Source: Minisyncoccota bacterium (GTDB lineage: Bacteria; Patescibacteriota; Minisyncoccia; Phycocordibacterales; Phycocordibacteraceae). Taken from it: 21,841 nt of DNA. Location: assembly GCA_041665205.1 (NCBI GenBank), contig JBAYJI010000011.1, positions 1-21,841 of the forward strand, in the 5' to 3' direction. The position numbers and the translations under genes were made by a program. Under the pieces are notes generated by a model. The model was not told the origin of the DNA and searched no databases. It worked only from the letters and a program-made list of their open reading frames with translations. Shown piece after piece: positions 7,144 to 12,905 of this stretch. The number at the start of each line of letters is the position of its first letter. Within the stretch, counting starts at the first letter, position 1.

Positions 7144-7148
7144 ACATC

Positions 7149-7223
7149 GCTCCCGTCGTTCAACGGATAGGACATTAGATTGCGGATCTAAAAATCAAGG
7201 TTCGATTCCTTGCGGGAGCACCA
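7149..7223 (+). tRNA. tRNA-Arg (anticodon GCG), CCA encoded
   Basis: GCTCCCG TC GTTC AACGGATA GGAC A TTAGA TTGCGGA TCTAA AAAT CAAGG TTCGATT CCTTG CGGGAGC A CCA. Confidence 0.88.
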
Positions 7224-7253
7224 AAGGCAAAATGTAGTATCGTGGGCGGTATT

Positions 7254-7325
7254 GTCCTCGTAGTTGAATGGATACAATATCTCCCTCCGAAGGAGATGGT
7301 GCCGGTTCGATTCCGGCCGAGGACA
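7254..7325 (+). tRNA. tRNA-Arg (anticodon CCG)
   Basis: GTCCTCG TA GTTG AATGGATA CAAT A TCTCC CTCCGAA GGAGA TGGT GCCGG TTCGATT CCGGC CGAGGAC A. Confidence 0.9.
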
Positions 7326-7500
7326 CAAAAGAACACAGTGATTTTGTGTCCTCGAGCACGCCTGGGAGGCGTGCGGGCAGGAATCGAAGACCTTGCGAGC
7401 ATTTTATCGAGCGCTTTGCGCGAAGAGAAAATCCGCAAGGTGTACTGAAACTGTAAGTTTCGATAAGCGTAATCGCGGTCCGGCCGAGGACACAAAAGAA
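7312..7500 (+). repeat. 22-bp exact direct repeat TCCGGCCGAGGACACAAAAGAA (7312-7333 and 7479-7500) duplicating the tRNA-Arg(CCG) 3' end, att-like
   Basis: Read directly. Copy 1 is the last 14 nt of the tRNA plus 8 nt of flank. Copy 2 abuts the terminator. The two copies enclose 145 bp. Confidence 0.9.
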
Positions 7501-7539
7501 AAGAACGCGCGCCGTTGACGGCGCGCGTTCTTTTCTTTT
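7494..7539. terminator. Bidirectional rho-independent terminator (20-bp perfect stem)
   Basis: AAAAGAAAAGAACGCGCGCC-gttgac-GGCGCGCGTTCTTTTCTTTT. It lies between the plus-strand tRNA cluster and the minus-strand rpsT 3' end. Confidence 0.85.
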
Positions 7540-7541
7540 GA

Positions 7542-7808
7542 TTACGCCTTTGCGCGCTTGATCGCGGCGGCAAGGCGCGCCTTCTTGCGGTCTGCTGTGT
7601 TGCTCTTGATAACGCCGGTCTTCTTGGCCTTATCGATCGCCTTGTAGGCCGAGGGGAGGAGCTTCTCCGCGCCAGCGACATCCTTAGCGGCAAGCGCTTT
7701 TGTGAGGAGCTTGGTGGTGTCGCGGAGCGTGTCCTTGCGACGCAGGTTGAAGACATGCTTCCTCGCCGAGGAGCGGATCGCTTTCTTTGCTGAACTGGTG
7801 ATTGCCAT
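7542..7808 (-). CDS. rpsT: 30S ribosomal protein S20
   Basis: MAITSSAKKAIRSSARKHVFNLRRKD...AYKAIDKAKKTGVIKSNTADRKKARL is typical of S20. Confidence 0.9.
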   Translation of the reverse strand: MAITSSAKKAIRSSARKHVFNLRRKDTLRDTTKLLTKALAAKDVAGAEKLLPSAYKAIDKAKKTGVIKSNTADRKKARLAAAIKRAKA

Positions 7809-7866
7809 ATGTGCTCTATATATACGCTATCTCCCGCGCGAAGGCAAATGGTAGTACGATGGAGGA

Positions 7867-8412
7867 ATGATTCGAGAGATTCGCGGAGAGGTGCTTTCAG
7901 TCGGCCCCACGAGCGCCATTATCCTCGTCGCAGGCTTCGGTATCGAGGTGCGCATGAGCGCGCCGCAGGCGCTCTCGGTGGGGAGTGCGGCGTCGCTTGC
8001 CACCCACCTCACACTGAAGCAGGACGGTCTCGAGCTCTACGGATTCCCCACTCCCGAGGAGCGCGACTTCTTCGAACTTATCCTCACGGTCTCGGGCGTC
8101 GGTCCCAAGACTGCGCTCTCGGTGCTGCGCCGCTCGACGCGCGAAGCGCTCGAGGGTGCTATCGGCAAGCGCGATCTAAACTACCTCACCAAGGTCGTCG
8201 GACTCGGCAAGAAGAGCGCAGAGAAGATGCTGGTCGAACTCGCTGACAAGGTGGGGCCGCGCGCCCACGACAACGCAGACGGAGACGTCTTCGATACGCT
8301 TGTCGCGCTCGGCTACACCGAGCGCGAGGCACGCAAGGCGCTCCAGGCGATCCCCGAGAACATTGCCGGGAAAGATGCCCGACTCAAGGCCGCGCTCTCT
8401 GCTCACTCATGA
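7867..8412 (+). CDS. ruvA: Holliday junction branch migration complex subunit RuvA
   Basis: MIREIRGEVL...LELYGFPTPEERDFFELILTVSGVGPKTALSVL... plus the C-terminal domain ...LVALGYTEREARKAL. Confidence 0.9.
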   Translation: MIREIRGEVLSVGPTSAIILVAGFGIEVRMSAPQALSVGSAASLATHLTLKQDGLELYGFPTPEERDFFELILTVSGVGPKTALSVLRRSTREALEGAIGKRDLNYLTKVVGLGKKSAEKMLVELADKVGPRAHDNADGDVFDTLVALGYTEREARKALQAIPENIAGKDARLKAALSAHS

Positions 8413-9638
8413 TGCACCTGCGCCGGACACTGCTCGCACCGTACCACTACACGCTCGCGATGCTCTCGACACCGCTGTACCGATTCCCTTCGAGAAGTCT
8501 CACGGTGATTGGCGTGACCGGTACGAAGGGCAAGTCGTCGGTAGCAGAAATGCTCTACGCGATACTCACGGCGACTGGGTACACGACCGCGCTTGCCGGC
8601 ACGATCCGTTTCGTTATCGGTACCGAGTCGCGCCCGAACCTCTTCAAGATGACGCTCCCTGGCCGCGGCTTCGTTCAAAAGTTTCTTGCTGAGGCGCGTG
8701 CGAAGAAGTGCACCCACGCCGTGGTCGAGATCACGAGCGAGGCAGCGCTCCAGTACCGACACCGCGGCCTCGAGCTCGACGCACTCGTCTTCACTAACCT
8801 GCAGAAGGAGCACGTCGAGTCACATGGCTCGATGGAGAACTATTTCCGCGCGAAGTTTACTATCGCTCGTGCGCTCCTCCGCTCGATAAAGCGCCCTCGT
8901 TCGATCATCGCTCACGCAGACGACCCATACGGAGCACGCTTTCTCGCTCTCCCGGTCGAGCAGAGTATCCCCTTCTCTCTTGCCGATGCGAAGCAGGTGC
9001 AGGCGAGCGAACGCGGAGTCTCCTTTTCGTACAAGGAGACTGACTTCTCACTCGCTCTCCCCGGGACATTCAATATCTTGAACGCGCTCGCTGCAATAAA
9101 GGCCGCTGAGTCGCTTGGTGTGCCGCTCCCGACGTGTGCAAAGGCTCTGCGCGAGATCTCGCACATCAGCGGTCGTGTCGAGCGAATCGAAGCGGGACAG
9201 AACTTTATTGCGGTCGTCGACTACGCACACACGCCCGACTCGCTTAAAGCGCTCTACAGCGCCTTCCCCAGCCACAAGAAAATCTGTGTGCTCGGGAATA
9301 CCGGCGGCGGGCGCGACACCTGGAAGCGGCCAGAGATGGGCCGTATCGCCGATGAAACCTGCGAGAAGGTAATCCTCACCAACGAAGACCCCTACGACGA
9401 AGATCCGCGCGCTATCGTCGAGGCCATGGCTCTCGGGATGGCGCGCACGCCAGAGATTATTATGGATCGGCGCGAAGCGATACGCGCAGCACTCGCTGCG
9501 GCTAAAGAGGGTGACGCGGTCTTGATAAGCGGTAAGGGAACCGACCCCTTTATTATGGGAGCGCACGGCACCCGAGTCCCGTGGAGCGACGCACAGGTCG
9601 TCCGTGAAGAGCTCGAGAAACTAGGCTTTAGGCATTAG
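8409..9638 (+). CDS. Mur ligase family protein, MurE-like, lacking the N-terminal UDP-binding domain
   Basis: P-loop GVTGTKGKSS at residues 35-44, DYAHTPDSL, NTGGGRD, and C-terminal ISGKGTDPF. 409 aa. The start overlaps the ruvA stop (ATGA). Confidence 0.75.
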   Translation: MMHLRRTLLAPYHYTLAMLSTPLYRFPSRSLTVIGVTGTKGKSSVAEMLYAILTATGYTTALAGTIRFVIGTESRPNLFKMTLPGRGFVQKFLAEARAKKCTHAVVEITSEAALQYRHRGLELDALVFTNLQKEHVESHGSMENYFRAKFTIARALLRSIKRPRSIIAHADDPYGARFLALPVEQSIPFSLADAKQVQASERGVSFSYKETDFSLALPGTFNILNALAAIKAAESLGVPLPTCAKALREISHISGRVERIEAGQNFIAVVDYAHTPDSLKALYSAFPSHKKICVLGNTGGGRDTWKRPEMGRIADETCEKVILTNEDPYDEDPRAIVEAMALGMARTPEIIMDRREAIRAALAAAKEGDAVLISGKGTDPFIMGAHGTRVPWSDAQVVREELEKLGFRH

Positions 9639-9681
9639 GCTCTAGAATCACATCCCTTGCTAGCGCCTAGCGCCTAGTGCC
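9622..9681. repeat. Two blocks of phased TAG heptads: TAGGCTT TAGGCAT TAGGCTC TAG (9622-9645) and TAGCGCC TAGCGCC TAGTGCC (9661-9681)
   Basis: Read directly. The first block includes the murE-like stop codon (9636-9638). The second lies just upstream of the -10 of the next gene. Confidence 0.85.
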
Positions 9682-9690
9682 TGCTACTAT
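9682..9690 (+). promoter_or_regulatory. Extended -10 TGcTACTAT, 6 nt upstream of the ATG at 9697 (leaderless-type)
   Basis: Sequence CTGCTACTATATTCCCATG. No SD is present. Confidence 0.4.
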
Positions 9691-9696
9691 ATTCCC

Positions 9697-10653
9697 ATGG
9701 GTGATATGCACGATGCATGGTTTTTCATAGGCGTCTTCGTCTTCATCTTCCTTATCTGGATCGCAACGGGCGGCCCCTTGCACCCGATCGCCTTTACCGG
9801 TCCGCGCCTCGCTGAGCCGGGCGCACTCGGCGGCGGTACCTATCTCTCGCTCCCGCGAGCGCCCTTTGGTATCGGCGGTTCAGACGTCTCGCTGCTGGGC
9901 TCCTCAGACGGGAGCGCGTCGAGCGGCTCCGGATCTTCACTCCCCACCTTTGCCGGCGGCAGCACCTTCGGGACACCGTCTCCCTTCCGCGGGATAGTCT
10001 CGATGAATCACTACATCTCTGGTGCTGGCTCGGCAGACCCGAAGAACGAGTACCTCGAGATAAGCGTGCCCTCGAGCGGGAGTGTCCCGGTCAATCTCTC
10101 TGAGTGGTCGCTCGCAAGCGACGCGACCGGCAACTCTGTGAACATCCCCAAGGGGACCGAGGTCCCTGCGAGCGGCACGATAAATGCAGTGCAGGATATC
10201 GTGCTCGCTCCAGGCGACCGCGCGATGATTATCTCCGGACAATCGCCTATCGGCGCCTCCTTCCGCGAGAACAAGTGCATCGGCTACTTCGCTACCTTCC
10301 AAAATTTCTCTCCGTCCTTGCCCCAGAACTGCCCCACCCCATCAGACGAACTGTCTGCCTTCTATGGAGCCGGCTATATCCGCGATGAGGCGTGTATCAA
10401 CTACGTGAATAAGCTGCCCCGCTGCCAAGTGACGCTCTCGCCGCCGGTGAGCGTGTCGGGTGTGTGCCAGAGCTTCGTCGTGAAATATCTAAACTATAAC
10501 GGCTGTGTGGAGGCGCACCGTAACGACCCTGACTTCAAGGGCAACACGTGGCGCATCTACCTCGGCCGCACGAACTCGATGTGGCGCACACAGCGCGAGC
10601 TCGTGAAGCTCCTCGACGTAACCGGTAAAACGGTGGATGCGTTTAGCTACTAG
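9697..10653 (+). CDS. Membrane-anchored lamin tail domain (LTD) protein with Cys-rich C-terminal region
   Basis: N-terminal TM helix (WFFIGVFVFIFLIWIA), a Gly/Ser linker, LTD-type motifs (NEYLEISVP...VNLSEWSLAS...), then 7 cysteines in the last 130 aa. Confidence 0.7.
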   Translation: MGDMHDAWFFIGVFVFIFLIWIATGGPLHPIAFTGPRLAEPGALGGGTYLSLPRAPFGIGGSDVSLLGSSDGSASSGSGSSLPTFAGGSTFGTPSPFRGIVSMNHYISGAGSADPKNEYLEISVPSSGSVPVNLSEWSLASDATGNSVNIPKGTEVPASGTINAVQDIVLAPGDRAMIISGQSPIGASFRENKCIGYFATFQNFSPSLPQNCPTPSDELSAFYGAGYIRDEACINYVNKLPRCQVTLSPPVSVSGVCQSFVVKYLNYNGCVEAHRNDPDFKGNTWRIYLGRTNSMWRTQRELVKLLDVTGKTVDAFSY

Positions 10654-10688
10654 AAGAAAGGGGTGGCAAGTGGTAGAAATACAAATAC

Positions 10689-10761
10689 GTGCCCCTAGCT
10701 CAACTGGCAGAGCAACGCCCTTTTAAGGCGGAGGTTCTGGGATCATCCCCCAGGGGGCACA
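10689..10761 (+). tRNA. tRNA-Lys (anticodon TTT) with atypical T-loop
   Basis: GTGCCCC TA GCTC AACTGGCA GAGC A ACGCC CTTTTAA GGCGG AGGTT CTGGG ATCATCC CCCAG GGGGCAC A. It has A at position 54 and T at position 58, plus an A27/G43 mismatch. Confidence 0.78.
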
Positions 10762-10767
10762 CAAAAT

Positions 10768-10794
10768 AAATCGGCCGCGCTACGCGGCCGATTT
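10768..10794. terminator. Bidirectional terminator hairpin (12-bp stem)
   Basis: AAATCGGCCGCG-cta-CGCGGCCGATTT, with an A-run before and a T-run after. It lies between tRNA-Lys (+) and the convergent 104-aa gene (-). Confidence 0.8.
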
Positions 10795-10800
10795 TGCCCT

Positions 10801-11115
10801 TTACCCGCCGATCTCGTAGAGACCGCGTATCTTCCATACTACTTCTCGCGCGCGGTTCTCGACTGCTTCGAGGGCACAACCAAGGGCGAGCATCCCCGCC
10901 ATACACACGAGACAGAGCATGAGCGGGAGTGCTCCGTACGCCTCCATGAGCGTCAGGTCGTCTGGCTTCAGCGATTTGAACAACATCAAGACGAACAAGC
11001 CGGCAAGGACCACTCCACTTGCGATGAAGAATCTCTGCCTTCTCTTCCCTACTTCGGGTCGAAGGACTTCGAGTTGTTCGGTCAGCCGCCGTTCTTCAAG
11101 CTCCACATTTTCCAT
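10801..11115 (-). CDS. Hypothetical 2-TM membrane protein (104 aa)
   Basis: Strong SD AAAGGAGG 6 nt upstream of the ATG. Charged N-terminus, then two hydrophobic helices (FFIASGVVLAGLFVLMLF and ALPLMLCLVCMAGMLALGCAL). I do not recognise a family. Confidence 0.6.
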   Translation of the reverse strand: MENVELEERRLTEQLEVLRPEVGKRRQRFFIASGVVLAGLFVLMLFKSLKPDDLTLMEAYGALPLMLCLVCMAGMLALGCALEAVENRAREVVWKIRGLYEIGG

Positions 11116-11288
11116 GTGTCACCTCCTTTTATCACCCCGAAACACTCGGGGCTCCTTCATTAGGGATAGGCCCTGGTACCCTCGAGCGCCACGCCCCCGG
11201 GTGCGCTTCTCAGCTATCGGAGGCAAAGAATACACTCTTGTGCTACTGTGCGGTCGAATGCCCTTTCACCCTTCAGAGGAGATCTGTC

Positions 11289-11687
11289 ATGAAATGCGTC
11301 TGCGGGATTATCCCCCTAGCGGTAAACAACATCGAGAGGATCGAGCAGTACGTTGCGAAACTTCGTAAGGCCGTTGTCGACGGACTGTACGATGAGCGCA
11401 GCATCGTTGGAGATGCCGTCCTCTCTATTGAGGGACAACTCCGCCAGCTGCGCGACGTCCTAGACATGGAGCTGCGATTCAACGACGTTCACCCTGAGCT
11501 TCGGTCGGACGAGATGTTCTTGTGCAACGTAGTGCCCCACACCTCCGACTGGAAAAACATACCGTACAAGACGAAACGGCTCGGCAATCAGGCATACGAT
11601 ACGGCCGGTAAGCCCATCGCTCTGGCTCCCGTATTCGTCAAGGTTGCCGAGCTCCAAGATGGGACCGAGACCTCCCGACAGAAATAG
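11289..11687 (+). CDS. Hypothetical soluble protein (132 aa)
   Basis: The ATG at 11289 is preceded by GAGGAG with 7-nt spacing, whereas the track start at 11238 is a TTG without SD. A terminator follows. I do not recognise a family. Confidence 0.55.
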   Translation: MKCVCGIIPLAVNNIERIEQYVAKLRKAVVDGLYDERSIVGDAVLSIEGQLRQLRDVLDMELRFNDVHPELRSDEMFLCNVVPHTSDWKNIPYKTKRLGNQAYDTAGKPIALAPVFVKVAELQDGTETSRQK

Positions 11688-11714
11688 CGCAAGGCAGTTC
11701 TGGAGGAGTACGCA

Positions 11715-11748
11715 GCCGGACTAGGTTTCCCTGGCCCGGCTTTTGTTT
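11715..11748 (+). terminator. Rho-independent terminator
   Basis: GCCGGaCTAGG-tttc-CCTGGcCCGGC followed by TTTTGTTT. A second hairpin, CGAGCCGG-aa-CCGGCTCG, is at 11764-11781. Confidence 0.65.
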
Positions 11749-11795
11749 ACATTGCGATCGCGACGAGCCGGAACCGGCTCGACAAATATACAAAA

Positions 11796-12203
11796 TCAAA
11801 AAGGTGAATATCCCTGCGTGAGCAGATTGCTGATAGGTATAAAAAGCGGTTCGGGCAGTGCATCCCAATTAACCCACCTCCACTCATCACATTTGTCCGG
11901 CTCCATTATCTTCACTTCGCCAGCGGAATAGTCGGCAGTCACATAGGCGGTTATGTAATGTTTCTGTTCTTTCTCGAAAATATCATTAGTAAAGGTCGCT
12001 GACTTTATATTTTTAATCTCAATACCGGTTTCTTCCTCAACCTCACGTCGGGCACACGTCTCTAACGTCTCTCCAAATTCCAAATGACCGCCAGGGAGCG
12101 ACCACGTACCTTCTCCGTGTGCCCCCCTCCGTTTCCCAAATAAAACTTTCCCGTCTTTTTTAATAATCACTCCTACTCCCACCTTTGGTCTTTGATCTTC
12201 CAT
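11796..12203 (-). CDS. NUDIX hydrolase (MutT-like)
   Basis: The Nudix box GHLEFGETLETCARREVEEETGI fits GX5EX7REUXEEXGU. Start set at the ATG at 12203 (MEDQRPKVGVGVIIKK...). The gene is markedly AT-rich (33% GC hand count for 11941-12040). Confidence 0.88.
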   Translation of the reverse strand: MEDQRPKVGVGVIIKKDGKVLFGKRRGAHGEGTWSLPGGHLEFGETLETCARREVEEETGIEIKNIKSATFTNDIFEKEQKHYITAYVTADYSAGEVKIMEPDKCDEWRWVNWDALPEPLFIPISNLLTQGYSPF

Positions 12204-12210
12204 GATCCGA

Positions 12211-12903
12211 TTATACCTCGAGCGCGAAGCGCTCGAGAGAGAGCGACAAATCCAAACCTCCTCGACGAGAGTTCTGGAGCAGTTCGATAAGGGCAAGCGA
12301 GAGCGCCCGCGCTTCGTGCGGCTTCCAGGCACGAGCGCCTTTCTCCATCAGATCGCGCGCCTTCCAGTGCAAGAGGCCGTGGAGCATCTCGGGCGCGTCG
12401 CCCGCAGCGAGTGCACGATTGATTTCTAACCAAAGTTTTTCTCGCGAACGGGCACCGAGCGCGTCGACAAGGCCGCTGTTAAAGCCTCGCGTGGGCTTGC
12501 TCGCCCGCATCGATAAATCGTACGTGTATACAACCTTCGCCTTCGCCGCGAGCTTCTTCGCCTTCAGCGCATTGAGCTTGGGTGCGAGGATAATGATCGC
12601 GTTGTCAGAGGCAACGAGCGCGTCGATATGCGCTTCAAACTCTCCCCCCGGATCCTCTTCATCATCAATCCCCTCCTCGTCTGCCCCTCTCTTTCTCGGG
12701 AATGGGTCGTCGATGAGTACCAAGAGCCGCGAGACGAAGAGCCCGCCCGAGAGCGCCGCGTCTTCGAGTGCGGCGCTCGTGAGCTCTTCGCGCGCGAGGC
12801 GCACATACGCGAGGTTCGGCTCTTTCTTTCTTGCCGCCGCTACCCACTCAAACGCCTTTGTGCGAGTCTTCTCGATGTCGGTCCCATGAAAGAGGTACAA
12901 CAT
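12211..12903 (-). CDS. holA: DNA polymerase III delta subunit (HolA)-like, short form
   Basis: MLYLFHGTDIEKTRTKAFEWV...GGLFVSRLLVLIDDPF resembles HolA N-terminal domains. It sits directly downstream of polA and has no Walker A motif. 230 aa. Confidence 0.5.
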   Translation of the reverse strand: MLYLFHGTDIEKTRTKAFEWVAAARKKEPNLAYVRLAREELTSAALEDAALSGGLFVSRLLVLIDDPFPRKRGADEEGIDDEEDPGGEFEAHIDALVASDNAIIILAPKLNALKAKKLAAKAKVVYTYDLSMRASKPTRGFNSGLVDALGARSREKLWLEINRALAAGDAPEMLHGLLHWKARDLMEKGARAWKPHEARALSLALIELLQNSRRGGLDLSLSLERFALEV

Positions 12904-12905
12904 AC

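Noticed and set aside
7348-7492. A second tRNA-Arg-like gene with an intron (GTCCTCG ... CGAGGACA pseudo-acceptor).
   Set aside because: No D-arm, anticodon-arm or T-arm geometry can be built between the acceptor halves. U8 is absent. The 5' half is explained by the 13-bp inverted repeat with the genuine tRNA 3' end. The insert is too short for a group I intron.
7175-7756. A 193-aa minus-strand ORF spanning tRNA-Arg genes, the terminator and rpsT, plus small plus-strand ORFs at 7242-7456.
   Set aside because: They run through two tRNA genes and a 20-bp-stem terminator, and the minus ORF is out of frame with the real rpsT. A 36-codon GTG-initiated frame inside the 145-bp insert (7338-7448) has no SD or promoter support.
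9613-9681. The heptad repeats as a possible CRISPR array or mini-satellite.
   Set aside because: The units are only 7 nt with no spacers, there are three copies per block, and no cas genes are nearby. They are better explained as a stop-codon block or promoter-spacer repeat.
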